Source: Phallusia mammillata
Lineage: Eukaryota
Reading direction: 5' to 3'
Assembly (NCBI GenBank): GCA_965637545.1
Contig: OZ281499.1
Span: 20,894,001 to 20,958,000, forward strand
DNA length: 64,000 nucleotides
Under the pieces are notes generated by a model. That model saw only the letters and a list, made by a program, of their open reading frames with translations. It was not told where the DNA came from and searched no databases. The position numbers and the translations under genes were made by a program. This document shows positions 12,801 through 28,000 of the stretch, piece after piece (the stretch's first letter is position 1; each line of letters opens with the position of its first letter).

Positions 12801-12881
12801 AAAAAAATAATAATTACGCAAAAACGACGTGTTGCACTTTAATGTTTTGTTCGTCAGAAATCGTTATAAAATCACTTATTT

Positions 12882-13381
12882 CAGTGCTTCCCAACCTTTT
12901 CCAGCTCGCGGCCCATTTAAAAAAAAAATTTTTTGCGGACCACCGTTTAATATTTCAACAAAACCACAATGGAAAAGAACTAAAATTAACAAAAAAATAA
13001 TAACCGCACAAGCAATACTTCTGTTAATGTGAAGCCTGAGCTTGCTGATTTGATATGATTTATGAGATCACTACTACTTTCTGGGAAAAATAAACTATTC
13101 ATTTTGTAGCTACGCAAAGACCAAATAAAGCTAACAAAGACAGTTACAGCTTCAAGATGTTTAAAGTGAACTATTATGCGGCTTTCATAGTTAGTAATAT
13201 TATAATTTTGCGAAAAAAGGTTAAATTTGAAAGTAAATTTAACCTTTTTTCGCAAAATTATATAACAAAACTTTTTTTAACTTCTATATTGGTATGGTAA
13301 TAGTTTGAAAAGCTTCACGGCCCAGCAGAAAGTACGCCGCGGACCACCAGTGGGCCGCGGCCCACCGGTTGGGAAGCTCTG
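12882..13381. mobile_element. hAT-type MITE
   Basis: TIRs CAGTGCTTCCCAACC / GGTTGGGAAGCTCTG. Perfect 8-bp TSD ACTTATTT. Confidence 0.85.
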
Positions 13382-14845
13382 ACTTATTTGACCGATAAAC
13401 TCGGCAAACCAAAGCCTTAGTACTTTACTTATAATAGGTAAATGTTTACAGGCAGCAGTTTGCTATATGTCCTATATTTGACATGGCTCTTTATTTCATC
13501 ATCAGTTACAAAACAGGCAGCTGTTTGCGACTTTCTAACAATCCCGATGGCGTAATTTTGGGGTCAACAACGGTTTGATTAGCTAAGTAACTACGCTAAC
13601 TGAAAACCTGCACTTGATGTAGGGAATAGAAAAAATGTTTGTGACTTCAATCATTGGTTTTTTTAATATAAGTTACACATTTAGCTTCTCGGATATTGCA
13701 AACAGGGACCACAGTTGCTAGAAAGTTGCAATTGTACTGATTTGTAAAAATTAAAACAATTCGGAAACACTGGACCAAAAAAGGAAACTTTATTTAAAAT
13801 GGCAAGATATATCACTATGGGGGGGGGCAATATGATCCAAAATCTGCATTGAATAATGATGGTTAAAATCGCTATTTTCGCGAAGGAAAAATTGGCAAAA
13901 AAAGACGACATATTTCGTCTGCTTACATGGATTTTCAATGAAGTTGCACAAAGCGATTTAGCACAAGCAAATGCCGGCTTTCAATTCCACCTTAACCAAG
14001 CTGTTCTATCTCCCTCGCAACGAAAACATACTGAATGAAATTGGCATTGAGCGTGAAGCCACTGGTACCGAGGTTCCTGGGCATGCGAGGCCAAGCAAAC
14101 GCAAGCCGGTACAATCGGCTAAAACCTCGCAGTACAGCAAAAAAAAGCGTAAAAATAACTGGGAGGTCGCAGGTTTTTCGCAGTGTACATGTAGTAGTTT
14201 GGCTTTATCACATTTTGATGATCAATGTGCAGATTCAGAAATTTAACGTACATTTGTTGTCAGTTTATATTATTCCACAGATAAATGCAATTAACCAACT
14301 TAACTTTTATTATCGTTTTAGCACACGTTACTTGTTTTGTAAAATCGTATAGCAAACATTTTTTAGCATTAAAATCCCACGTTTGGAAGACAACAAATTG
14401 AGGTGAATCAAATGAAACTTTAGCATCCTGATTAGGGTCTGTATTAAAATGACTTTAGGTTAATTTTGATTGATAGGTGATGACATACTCTTCAATTGAG
14501 TTGAGTTTTTTTCGCCGGGCAAAATCGTAGCAGCACAATTGCGCTAAAATATTCACCAAGCCGGAAATTGTGAAGCTATATGTGGAGGAATCACTTATTG
14601 TTTTAGGAAGAAAATGCAAAACCATCAAAGTTAATGTCTGGTGAGTTTTGTAACCCACGAAACCAAAATTAATCGTGAACTGGTGTCTGTTGTCCTGACA
14701 AAAAATATCCAGATGGCTTTACAACACCATTCAAGCTTCCTCATCCAATATCTGTTATCATAATATTCAGATAACACCACCTTGCACATTTGACATTTTG
14801 GTGAAAAAAAACCTCACACCATACATTCTATTGCACCCAGTAAGC

Positions 14846-15146
14846 CAGGGGTACCCAAAGTGCGGCCCCGGCGGCATTTTACGTGGCCCGCGGCTGTTTT
14901 TACAAATTCTGTTGCGTAGGTTTGGATTAGGTTTTTGGGTTTTGGCGACTTGCCTCTCCACGCAAAAGCTTTCCATTGAACTTTATTTACCGGTAAAAGA
15001 TGTGTATCAATAAACTGGTAAAATGAAAGGTGGCAACGCAACAAAATCCCACATGTTCCATAAATCCCGTAAATTTGTGTTCATATTCTAAAAAACGTCT
15101 TTGTCTGGTAAATATTGACGCCCATTGAAAAGTTTGGACACCCCTG
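14846..15146. mobile_element. hAT-type MITE
   Basis: TIRs CAGGGGTACCCAAA / TTTGGACACCCCTG. Degenerate TSD CAGTAAGC / CAGTATTG. Confidence 0.7.
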
Positions 15147-15248
15147 CAGTATTGAGATGATTGAGATTTTTTCCTCCGCACAAATACAAATCTCTAGTCA
15201 AAACATCCCTGCCTTTTGCTTTTTTTGCAACCCAGGAGCTGATTTTAG

Positions 15249-18200
15249 TCATTTTAAAAGTGATTCAATATCTGGGCAGCATATTAATTTGTGATCCACA
15301 CTTCCTAAAACGCTGACATGTCCTTTAATGTCACTGGGACTGTCTTCAGGAGGAAGTTTGACAGATATCAGTTCCTGTAAAGAAAAAGCACATATATCAT
15401 GACTTGACTTTTACATGAGTCTAAATCAGTGAAATTCACCTCTGAAAAGCACGAGGACACTCCTGTTTTGAGGTTGAGAACAACATTTCCCACTATGAGT
15501 CGACATTTTCCTGACTTTAAAACCTGGATTTTTCCAATTTTACCCTCCGATAAACTTGCAAGGTCACATTTTTCCTCTTCTTTGTCCTGAAAGAATTGGT
15601 TCAAAATGAGTAAAGCACATTAAACTCAGCCCATTCCAAATTTTTATTCAGTTTGTCTTTGAGATATTATAGAACAGACTTTTGTTTTATTGTCGTCTTT
15701 CTTCTGAGTCCCAGGTTCCTGTTTAACATGAATTTTTTCATCTTCTCTAGATGGAACAATTCCAGGCAAAACATCAGGAAGTTGAAACACAACAAGTTTG
15801 TCATATTGATATCCACCACTGTAACATGTTAATTAATATAAAACACTTCATTTACTACCATATGACAAGGCATAGGCTAAAAAATCTAGCCTGTGGTGTA
15901 TTTTTTTTAATGTATGCAGATAGTTTAATATCCAAAACAGACAAACAGTAAAAAAATGTTACTTTTTTTAGACATTCCAAAATATTGCATATTACCAGTG
16001 GTAGAAGTGCTAATAAAGTTGTCATTACGGTAGTTGCCATAAATGCATGTACAATCTTTGAAAAAACACTATGACCAACATTTACATTTTCTCCTTGAGA
16101 TTCACTAAAAAGTGGTGTGGTATTACTGAATATGGATGAACACCCTTTACAACACAATAGATTTGATCGTACCTGAATATGGATGCACAATTTGAAGGAT
16201 GTTTCATATCTCCAATTATTCCTGCGTAACAAGAACACATTTCAGGTTCTTGTTTCATAAAACAATCACACTTAAAGCCAAGTTTCGACAAATGCTAACC
16301 CTATCCAACACATAGTAAAATTTTTATTGTAAATGGCTACTTTTAACAACACATTTATGTAAGTCTCAATCAACAAATGGCTTGGAGAATATGTTTTGCT
16401 GGTGTGCCCAAGAAAGCCGAGTGGCTAGTGCTGTTGCTATGTGTTGACAATGTTGTGTGTTCTAATCTTATGTCTTGTAATTTTTAAGAAACAGGTAATT
16501 TTAGGTGACATTGCTACAAACCACAGGAACCTATAGGTCAGAGGTGCAAACCCTACGGCTGCAGCGACGAGTTTCTGTGATCGTGAACACATTTATTAAA
16601 ATATTTATTCTGGCATCTGTGATGTAAAAAAAGACTTTTGCTAACTATTTTAATTTTCAAACTGCTTCAAACACATTTTGTGGGATTGAAAAGGGTATTA
16701 CCAGCCTAGCAGCCACATGTGTCAGACTTTTTGTACACATGTTGTGTGAAAATAATGTATAGATTATGATGTCATTTACAGTTAAGCTTGATAGCCAGAC
16801 TGCTTAGCTCAATCTGTACATCAAGTTAGAAATAGGGTTTTTAGAAATAGGGGTCTGGGTTTTTAGCTGCCATTAAATGGTATGTCTATATAATGTTTTT
16901 TTGATGTAAACATCAGTTATTTTGAAACAAGCAAACAATTGGTGGCCGTTAGGGAAATAAGGATCTGCAATGCGACTGTCATGGCAAAACGGTTGTGCAC
17001 CCCTGTCATAGGTTGAAAATAATGATCCAACAAACTACATAACAGGCAGCCCGGTGGTAAAAAACTTTATTATTGCATTAACAATTAGCAAAGTAAAATA
17101 CCTGGTTCAGTTTTAACTTTGGTGAAGTTTTGTGTTTGTGTACCTTGCATTGGCAAAGTGGTTGGTTTTAACTTTTCGTCATTTTGTAAATCAGCAATCA
17201 ACTAAAAACATTTAAAACATCACATGTTATAAGGGAGTAATTACATCACTAGCAGTCTTTAAACAAACATTTTACAATTTTTTTACAAATTTGTTTTACA
17301 AACAGTCCAGGTTATGCTAGAGAATATTCCTTATGAAACAATTACCGACAGATTGCCCTCCTCTAATCGTTTCATTACTTCCTCGGACTCTGCTTTTTCC
17401 AATGCTGGATCGAAACTATAATAAATGAAATGACACAAAAATATGGTAAAAGCACAATAGCTTATTTTAACCAACACCATAGTGTTTTTTTTTTCTTTTT
17501 AAGCATACAAAGTTAAAACATATTATTGTTTAGCAACAAGTTTGCTATGTGTCATTTTACCAAGTAAACTAAACTCAATTCAACATCATTTTTTTATCTA
17601 AAAAATGTGTGTTGGCCTGTTACTTGTGACACTACAGCACAAGAATTGTTTTATATTTTCGTTCACAAAGTAATACATACGAACTTGAATGAAAAAGCAC
17701 ACCTATTTTCATTAAGCATATTCATTACTAACATAATAAGCCAGAACTAAAAAACAGCTTTTTGGGCATATGATGGAACCAGACTCTTACCTCTCCTTTT
17801 TTATTGTTGGTTTTTGCATTTGATTTGATGCTGGTTCACTGTGACTTTGTGCATCTCGGCCTTTTCTATTTGCTTCACCTGCCGGGCCAGCTTCAAAAAT
17901 TGAGTGTGATTGGATTATCTGTCAATAAAACAGCTATTTGCAGTACACAACAGTGGAAAGATGTGCGCAGATTTCTCCACAGTAAACAACCACTTTGCCA
18001 ATTTTAAAAAAGTGATGACAATTTTTAAACAGTAACAGATATCTCACTAGGAAATGTTCTGATAATAAAACCAGTCCAGCACATAGTATTGGTGCTATTT
18101 TTCTATGATGTAGCTCATTGTGCTTAAGTTATTGATGCTATACTGGTGGCAACAGTAATTTTTGTTTTATTTGATTTATTCATTGATAAAATGTTTTCAT

Positions 18201-20000
18201 TAAATCTGGCCATAATTTTATCCAATTTTACTTCATTTCTCGATACATACCATTGAATTGATATAGTTTTTAAAAAAAAGCTGGGTTCCATGGTTTAGCT
18301 AATACCTCTTTGTTTCTAAACCCTCTCCCCCTTCCCCGTTGTCTGGGAGTGTTTGACCTTTCTGGCCTTCGTTGTCGTCCATCTGTTGCCGGTTTTACTT
18401 CTTGTTTTACTCTGCCAATCAAGTTGAATAATACCACATTGTTATGCATGACAAAGAGCAAGTTTGTGGCTAAGACATAACCATTCTGGTTTTTAGAGTA
18501 GTCAAGTTGGGAAAGTTTTTTTCATAAGATTATTTTCTAGCAACATTTCCTGGTTGTAAACCGGTGGTACTAAATACCACATGTTACCGCACATTATCAC
18601 ATGGTAGTAAGTAGCAAAGGACTTGAATATGCTTTTGTGAAATTATAATTTTGTAAACTTTTAAAAGCGTTGACAGTTAGAGCTATTTGGGTTGGGTGAG
18701 GGTTTGTAATTGAAGTAGTTCTGAAATCTGGTTGAATTTACACTTGTTGCTCTCACATGGAATATTCCAAGCGATATACCATACAGTATATACAGTATTT
18801 AGTACCACCGGTTGCAAACCCTACGTGTGTACTGAATCAGCTAAATTTCAGTTCAGCTGAAACCAAATATTTACACAGGGAGTCATGCGCTACACATTAA
18901 ATATAAAAGCACCAGTTTGTCTACCAGGCAAACAGTGCAGAATAGTTGTGTTTCATCCTCACATTAGTTATGTGGGGTTTAGCGTTGCCTCAAACATGAT
19001 TGCTAACCTGCCAATGAATTACTGAATTTTTGTCTACAGTGGGAAAAAATGATATTGTTTCATAATTGATGCATTTTTATTATGGTGTAATTGTAAGATT
19101 AGGTGGTGCCTGAGACTCGCTTTAAATATGAATTCATAAAAAATAGAGTTTCAGGTGAATCATAAAAAATTATTCGGCCAAAACTGAATCTTTGCAACAA
19201 TGCCCAAATCAGCCGAATAAATTCGGCAAACCGGATATTCGGTACATCTCTAGTAAACACTCCTCTACTTGTACTTCACATATATATGTGAGAATTGATA
19301 CTGTGAAATTAACTATTTGTTACTTACTCCAATTTTGTCCGATCTTTTCTAATGGGAATGTTGGGTGAAAATGTTTTCTGCAACCAATAAACATGTAAAA
19401 CTTTATTTCAACTTTACTTGAAATATTAAATGATATATTTTAGCTACATAGCACTTTTTAAAATCAAATTTGCAATTATTAACAAAGTTACAAACAAAAC
19501 CTTGTTAAAATTTGTTTTACAACTTCGGACAACAATCGGAAATGCACCTAATATCCTGAATATCAATCTGCTAAAAATCTTCAGGTGATAATTTATTACC
19601 TTTTTAATCCCACCAAGAGTTAAATCTCTAGGACCTCTCAATGATGGCAAACGATTGGGTGTTGATTCTGATGTTTTTTTGGAAGCAGATTTCGACCGAC
19701 CAGGCCGTGTTAAAAAAGCTTGATCTAAGAAAAGTGCGATCGTCATTAATAGTACAAACAAAATACGTGCTTTTCAAACAGGCTGTACAAAAACTTAGCA
19801 ACAGCAAAAGTACGCAACACTATGCAATGTTATACAAAAGGTTGCATTATAAACTAAAAATACAGCTAGCGATATTTTTCAAAAACCTTACTGATTTTAC
19901 AGTAAGTTTGTGAGTATTTGTACTCACCAGAAGTACCCGGTTCTTGTTTAATTACGGTCCCTGGTTCCTTTTTTATCGTAGGAGTTGGATTATCGCTCAT
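15249..20000 (-). CDS. POLR3D: DNA-directed RNA polymerase III subunit RPC4
   Basis: Exon 1 19928-20000 MSDNPTPTIKKEPG; exon 2 19600-19724 RLPSLRGPRDLTLGGIKK; RGRGRG exon ending at 18306; IIQSHSIFEAGP (~17790-17911); VVFQLPDVLPG (~15700-15800); EGKIGKIQVLKSGKCRLIVGNV (~15430-15590); last exon ...VLGSVDHKLICCPDIESLLK* (stop 15249-15251). Some internal exon boundaries were not resolved. Confidence 0.92.
16539..17005. mobile_element. hAT-type MITE in a POLR3D intron
   Basis: TIRs CAGAGGTGCAAACC / GGTTGTGCACCCCTG. TSD CTATAGGT / TCATAGGT. Confidence 0.65.
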
Positions 20001-23000
20001 GATAATGGTTTAGTAGCTCGTGTAATACCAAAACATGACAGCAAATATAAGTTAACAAACCACGCCGAGACGAAAATAGGTACTTCCCCTGTAGGTGCTG
20101 TACCTAATTTCTTACATTTCTATGTTTGCTGAGAAAATTGGTTGCACAATTCTCTTGCAGCAATTGCAATGATAATTTGGGCAAACTTTCAATATTTGTT
20201 TACCAAAAAAGTTTTTTGACTCGCTAGCCCAAAGCTTGCGAGAAAGATATAATTTGTGCAAGCAACTAAATCCTACTTTATGGACAAATTATGTTCGAAC
20301 TTTGTAATATTTCCTGTCACAGTTAATTAGGATGTAGAAGCGACTATGTGATGTGGTGTTTACGTGCTTTAACCGTATGTTTCGTCCCGTGCTGTGATTG
20401 GACGTTGCTTTGTGTGGGAATTGTGCGCATGTGTACGATTTAACGCGTTTTTTCGGGATGGATATATATATATATATAAATCCGCACTGGTATATTTGAG
20501 GTTTTTTTTCGTTTTCTTCATTTTTTGTCGAGAAGTAATGAACGAACGAACCGAAGTGCAAGACACCAGCTTGAGAGATTAAGGACGGTGGTACCTGATT
20601 AATTTGTAGTGACGCGGTCATAACCTTGAGACTCATTAGCGAACATTAATTAACATCAATTACTTTCTCTCTGTTTCGATCAGTCGCGCGCACTACAAAC
20701 TCATTTATGCGTATCAGAATTTCAATGATGAAATATAATTTCGTTACTTGTAATTAGTAATTTATGTAATATCCAAGCATTTGACGTTACTTTGTAAATT
20801 TGGGAATAAAAAATGCAAAACGTGAAAAAAACGACCACAGACAAAGAATGGTCGTAAGATTGTTTACATCTTGGACAAGCGGAAGTACCAAAAAGCCGGT
20901 TATCCCCCCCCCCCCCCCCCCCCCTACCTGTCGAAAGAAGGCAAGCATGTTTAGTACCGTTTTTTCTTGTTCGTTGACGTTGGTGTTCTTTTGTTTATTT
21001 GGGAGAAATAGGCTTGGTTTTGATTTTTTTATTGTGGGATTGTCAGAACAGAACAATACTATTTAAATCTTGCTTGACGTCTACCACACGTTGACAATCA
21101 ATAATGATCTGATGTTCACTGAGAATTGTTGCGGAAATACATTTAATTAGCGGAAAAAAATCTTTGAGGGGGCACAATTACACCGGAACTCCCGCCAGGC
21201 GGCGCACCAAAAGTCAGGGGTACATGACGTCATTAAACTTGACGTGGGTCGGGCATTGCACAATTGCCAGGCAGGTGTCCTCATTGTTGAACATTTCCAA
21301 TGACAGAGATTAACTTCGGGCCAGAATAAATCAATTGAGAGACGGCTGAAAATAGCTCGAGCGTTCACAGCAGGTTGCTTCCATACAAACAAACGCACAC
21401 AAGGTCACATTGTAATGTGGGACATGACGAGTTATAATGACTGCGAACATGTTTCGATTTTTTGCAGTCAAAAAGATCGTTCGCCGACTGTTGCACCTGC
21501 CCTAAGTCAATTACCTATGGCTTAAACTGACAACCGAAGCATGGAAGCGGTTTTACTAAGCACCAGAAGTACCGAAATACAAAAAAATCAAGCAGGGGAA
21601 TCAAACCTATCATTCAACACAACAAATTTTGTTTTACAGCAAAAAACGTTTTTAGTTTTTAAAAAATGTGCACAAATGGGCTGAGACGTAAGGATAGTTA
21701 AAAAGCCAAACCAACGTAACTTAAATAAATCTTTTATGACATGTGCTTAAATTAGTAATGTTAACACGAAACAAAATCTCTATAAACGTGATTTTTAGTT
21801 AAAGCTATTTATTCGTTAACATTAAAGTGTCACAATCCTGACTTTAAAGTTATGCATTCCAGCAACAGTTGCAAGTAATCAAAGTGGAATGATCTATTTA
21901 AATGCGTGAGTTGGCAAACACACAAGACGTTGATCGCTCTCCGTCAAATCCCTTTAAATTTGTTCCGATGCCTGCACGTTATAGGATAATCCGACCAATA
22001 ACCTTGTGCTGAAAAACTTGAATACAAGGTTTGACTGCTTGACAGATGGACCGACCCACATAGATCGCGTTTTTATTGAAATTAATTTTGCTTGTATCAG
22101 CATTATTGCGGTACGACCCTAAATGTATTTTTGCAGACCAAACTTAAATTAAAGCGAGTTTTGGTTACATCTAAATTTATTACAACTTATGACGCCGATT
22201 TAATAAAAATAAAGGGCTGTGTTACAATTCGAACGTACATGTGATAGAAGCTAGTTGTTAAAACCGTAATTGTGTACCGTGTCCATAAAATTTTGTTTCA
22301 CCGCAACTTTATACGTAACAAAATCCACACGGGCCGACTCAAAGCATAAATTTTGCAAACAGTTATGCTCGAAATGTCATTGTAGGTTGTTGCCATGGCG
22401 TTTATTTAAAAACAAAACAGTCAGATGACTTGTAACAGTGCATACGACACTAACTATATCAGTGCAAAAGTTCCTGACAACAGCAGTAAACAACAAACAA
22501 TCAAGATCTTGACTAGGGTGGGACGATTTTTTAGTTGATTAAATTGCACTTAACTTAAACCGAGCAAGTGTAAAAGCTAAGGGTTTAAGGCAAGCATTTT
22601 TCGGTGGTGGCGATTACTTTTCACTTTGCTGAAAATCAATACGACTTATAAGCGACCGAAAGTGATTCATACGTAAGCTGTTTTAAACAAATGCTGTTGC
22701 AGGTCAATCCGACACCACTAAGTTAAATTAAATGGGACCATTGGGGCAGCATCGTAACTAATAACTATGCAATGCTTTTAGTTTTCGTCGACAAGTAACT
22801 TAGTATTTGAAACCGAGAAAAAAATATATTAAGATTATTTATTATTAAAATTGGTTAAAAACTCGATGAACACAAAATCTACTGTTACTATAAATATGAC
22901 GTCATATGACACAGTTACAACTTTAAACCACTATGACGTCACAACAGACGTCAACTAGAAGTCTCACAAGGACCCCTGATTTCTAAAGATTACAATTTTA

Positions 23001-24699
23001 CGGTTAACTCGATTAACTGATCTTTATGTTATTAGGTCAGTGAAGCCCTTCGATATTCAAAGTCCCACCAGTCAGCAAGTGCTGCGTGCGGTTTCCCATT
23101 GACACGTAAATCGCGGTTGTTTAATCCAATTCCGGCTTGAAGAACAAGATCGCTTCCTACCGCGATCTATCGCTGCTCTCATAAGCGATTTTACAGCATC
23201 AAATGTCGACAAGCCAGTGTGGGAAAATGTGCTTTGTGATTTGACATATTGTTAAGTGCTATAAAGATAACAAACATTGGCCTTGATGGTAAAATATAGA
23301 AAGATTTAAATTGCCATTTAAGATCCCAAGCATTCAACTTGTTTTAGTTGCTAAAATGTTTAAATGATAAAGTCTTATAACCACAACCACCGACGAGCTG
23401 GGATTCGTCTGTTTAAAAACTAATACATTTTCTGCTGTAAATGTAGTGTTACTTATTCATAGCACGAACAAGCTGTCAAGATGTTCACATTAGTATAGTT
23501 AGGAGAAAATGTTTGGTTGAAACTGTTAAATTCTCGCGCCTTACATTACGTACATGACATAAAAAATCTTTAGTTTGGTTAAATTAAAATTAAGCACTCG
23601 ACCAGAAAAATACTTAAAAGAGTAAAAATCGTTCAAAACCAAACAGCAATCTGTCGACTATTCCTCTTGGCGATTTGAGGTAACACAATTCAATTGCATA
23701 AGCAGCCTGAGAGCGGACGTATTGAGTCTACTTGTGTGTGCAATAACCCGATGCCGCAATCCTCACTTCACAACTCACACGAGGAATTAGATGCAAAATC
23801 AAAATGACAAGCAATAAGCTCTGATAATTCCCCTTTATGAAGGGCGACGTTTATCTGCTTGCCGGGTTTTTCAAGTGTGTTGATATTACATGTGCTAATG
23901 ACGAATGCTCGATGCGACATAAGTCGGATTAGCGACAACCTTTTGCGCCCGTATAACCAGAGGTCATGCGAAGGTTTTTATGATTGGAAGGCTTACGCAA
24001 CCCTGCGTGCCACAGTTTGTCTGTATATTGCAAACCACCGTTTAAAATTTTGGTTTTTAAAATACATTTAATTTTTGGTTTCCCAATGCATTTGGGATGA
24101 AATGTTCTTTTACCTATGTTTTTTTCACACATCTTTTTCACTCAGCCTAAACCGGTGTTTTTTCATACAAAATCAATGCGTGGAATGAGTATTTTGTTTT
24201 GGCCTTCGAGTATTTAACACAAAGTAACTCGAACAACTTTTTTTAAAGCATTTGTTGCGACGAGTTTTTTTTACCATATTTGCAAGTTGTTAAAATTTAA
24301 GAAATTCTGGTTGGATATTGGGTTTTGGCCTAAATATTTTGACACTTTTTGGGCCAGTAATTATGATTCACTTTAGTTTGTGCGAACGTGTTTTGCACAT
24401 ACGTTTTACATCTACCCACAAACGAAAGCTGTTTTATTAAACAACTTGCATTTTGTATGCAGTCAAATTACTCAAGCATTAAAATAATATAAGTTAGTTC
24501 GCCAAATTTTCTTTAAAATCGATTAAACACTTTCGTTCTGCCCGAAGTTGCAACAGTAAGAAATCAAATCAGTTTTACTGTTGAATAAATAGCGGATTTG
24601 CTGTCGCTTTAATCGGCTTAAAGGAGACCGGGCGCGTGCTAATTTGTCGTTATGTGTAAAAAATAAATCGGAGGGAAAGAAGCATGCTGGGGAAGGGAG

Positions 24700-24707
24700 T
24701 ATTTAAA
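24700..24707 (+). promoter_or_regulatory. Candidate TATA box of the NR2E1 gene
   Basis: TATTTAAA in a locally GC-richer context ~360 bp upstream of the first in-frame ATG (25068). Confidence 0.3.
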
Positions 24708-25067
24708 GGTTCGCGAGAGGAATTCTGTTCTTATTTCAGCCACGAACGCCGCGCGTGTCTCTATTGTGACGTAACTATGGAAGATTAGGAAGGACTTGAA
24801 TTTAAGAGCAGAAGATAGATTGTTAACGAATAAATGAGTTGATTCCATCGCGGAAGCAGAAATCTGTTAAAAGTTATTCTTAAATTACAAAAATATATGA
24901 TTCAAATAACTTCATCAAACGATTAAAAAAGATTTGGTCACATAAAGCCTGAAAGAAAGCAAATATTGACGTGTGATTAAAATATCAACCGAAAAATGTT
25001 AATTTTTCAAGTAAAACTCCAATTTATACCAATAGGCATATTTTTTTCAAAGCAGTCTAATCTTAAA

Positions 25068-28000
25068 ATGACAGCAAACAACGAGATGTTGTTGAATTTT
25101 TCGGAGAGATACAGTATGGAAAAGAAATGGGAAAAACCGCTCTCCGCCGCTATTACAAGAGGGGAATCACCCACAACCACAGGATTTTTGGCCAAGAAGA
25201 GTAAGTGATTAAAACAGTTACAAAAACTATCGTTCGGTGTAACATTTTTTTATGAAAGGATTTGTTACAAAATAATATGTTAAAAAATTGATTTCAACTA
25301 ATTTTTAATTCCAGTTCATTTAAATTTAATTCTTAATTCTTTTAAAACTACAAACTATACAGAGCAAGTGTTATTTATGCTTAACCGCGATTTTACTTTT
25401 AAATATTGTTAGGTCGAATTCTGGACATTTTGTGTCGAGTTTGCGGGGACCGAAGTTCCGGAAAACATTACGGAGTTTTCGCATGCGACGGTTGCAGTGG
25501 ATTCTTCAAGAGAAGCATCAGAAGGAACAGAAAATATTTATGCAAGGTAGAAAAAATAACACCGAGTACATTGTGCCTACTAAGTTTTATCTAAAACATC
25601 TTTAGTCCCAAACTCAAAAACGCCTCGGGTTGTTTAAAAGAGATCAAGAAAAATACTGATTTAAAAAATATTTGTTGCTGCGCATAACAGTAATCTTTAC
25701 CCCTTTCAATACGTTAAATTCCCGAATTAATTTTTAAAGTAAAACAAACTGTAGTTAACGCGTCAACATGTTAAAACATATTTTAATTAGGTCCATATTC
25801 GTAGCTAAAATGTATCGCAAGGTGTCTATTTTACGACGTGTCGTCAAAAAAAACACTAAACCCGATTTGGGGCGGCGTTTAAAAGCAAAGGCAACTTACC
25901 GTTTATCTGTGACTTGCCTTTACCAACGCTTTTTTTATCCAGGGCTCGGTGGAGGGACAATGCAAAGTGGACAAAATTCATCGTAACCAGTGCAGAGCTT
26001 GTAGATTGAAACGTTGTCTTGCCGTAAACATGAACAAAGAAGCTGTACAGGTTCGTCAACTGACATAAAAATTCTGCAGAGCAAAATGAAAATGTTTCCT
26101 TAAGTGCGTCTTTAAATGTCAATTTATGTTTTACTTTGTTTTCAAGGACAAAATCAAATCGCATTTTTTAGTGGTCTTTGCCAATTTCTAAAAAACATTA
26201 TTTCTTTTCACCAATAAATTGGTTGTGTTTTTAAAATGGCTGACCGCATCTGCCTATCTGATTTTCAGCACGAGCGAGGGCCACGTAATTCCATCGGGTT
26301 GTCGGCCGAACTAATTCGCTTGGATTCCCGTGTGAGAGCTTTAGACATCCCGAAGAGCCCCAAAAGAACCCGAATTTCTCCGATCAAGCCGGACTCAGCT
26401 TCAGCATTGGATTCAAACGGTACAATTTCGTAACGTTCGTCACTCATGACAAAAAAAACAATATAGAAGCAACAAAAGTTAAACCATGTGAATTTGACTG
26501 GACAAGCAAAACGGCACAGTTAGGAATTTGCGTGTTTAATTTCTTTCAAAAAAGACCGTTTATTTTTAGACACTCGAGCATCATCTGGAAGTGGAATGGA
26601 ATCACCAGACACAACTACACATCAGATTTCTTCACCTCCTCACACAAAGTCACAAGTTACAGTGTCCCAGGCGCATGGTGGCGCTAAAAGCCACATCATT
26701 ACACATTTCGCTGTTGGAAACTATCTCAACTACATCAGTAACATTACAATGCCTCAAGGTAAAGGTGATATTATTGGTAGAATAACCGTAATTTAAAGAA
26801 GCTAATTTTTAAACCCATTGTCGCCAATATCAAACACACATAGTGGTCTTCCGAAAGAGTAAAACAATGGAATTCAATAGTAGTGTTGAGGTTTAAATAC
26901 GGAATTACCGATAAAGAATGAATACATTGTTCCACAGCTCCATCGAGTGTCAAACACACATCGGAAGATTTGTCCCTAGCAGCAAGGTTGGCATTAAACA
27001 ACAGCTTCCTGCCAACACTGAACTCGGATGTTATGTCGCAAAGTTTCGCAAGCATCTTCAATCAACACCTAGCAGCATTATTGGGACAGCAAAGGCAATA
27101 CACGCCTGTTCCAATGCCTTGGAATCACTCGTCCCTTGCCAATGTCGCCGGACTGTTTGCATCAGCAGGGTAAGAAGATAAACGATAAATGGCGTATTAT
27201 CATTATTTTTATTATTATGTAGAAAACTAAAAACAACGATATCGTAAAAATCCAGCTTTTTTCGGCATTTAAAGCTGCGCTCGTCCAAATTTACTTCATT
27301 TTGTTTTATTGATTACAAAGTTTGTAAAATCTGTAATATATGCTTTGCCAGGTTCAAGATAACCATTTTACCAAATACATACTCGTTATATATAATCATT
27401 ATCAGATTAACCAGTTAAAATGCACAGTAAGTAACTTTTATAAATATATGGAGATCATGATGCTTAATTGGTTAACCATGACACCAGAATGAAAATAATT
27501 AGAAACCTCTTTTTCAAAAATAAATCATACAATTCTGCTATAACAAACTCCACCAATGCCCGTGTTAGAGTTGTAAGTCTGACCAGGACTTTCGGGTCGG
27601 CTTTGAACGTATACTGGAAAATTATAATAAAAATATTGTTAAGTACAGTAAACCCGATACAAGTTCTGCCACAGTTGCGCGGGAAATCGTTTTAACTAAA
27701 ACGGAATCTAGGTCTAGCTAGGTCGTATGGGTTCGCATTTTGTAACTCGGGCTTAACATTTATACTGGCTGACAACCCGACACGACTCCCCTTGTATATT
27801 GTTGGAGCATTTAGGTAGCAGAGATTGAAACTAAATTTCAATACTTGTTTTACCAGATTGCTTCCCAAGTTAACAGAAACTAGCGATTGGGCAAATGATC
27901 GGACAGAAAGGGAAAACACCTCGAGGGACTTTCAACCTTTAGTCAACCCTTTTCTGAATGCAATGAGTGCTGGAAAACTAAACGAAATCGCTGTGAAAGC

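Noticed and set aside
13810-14250. Possible Transib terminus (CACTATGGGG) and MULE-like peptide FQFHLNQAV
   Set aside because: No matching opposite TIR within a plausible span and no further transposase motifs.
20905-20924. Poly-C tract (and TA run at ~20462-20478)
   Set aside because: Simple sequence with no further structure; the ORFs spanning it are artefacts.
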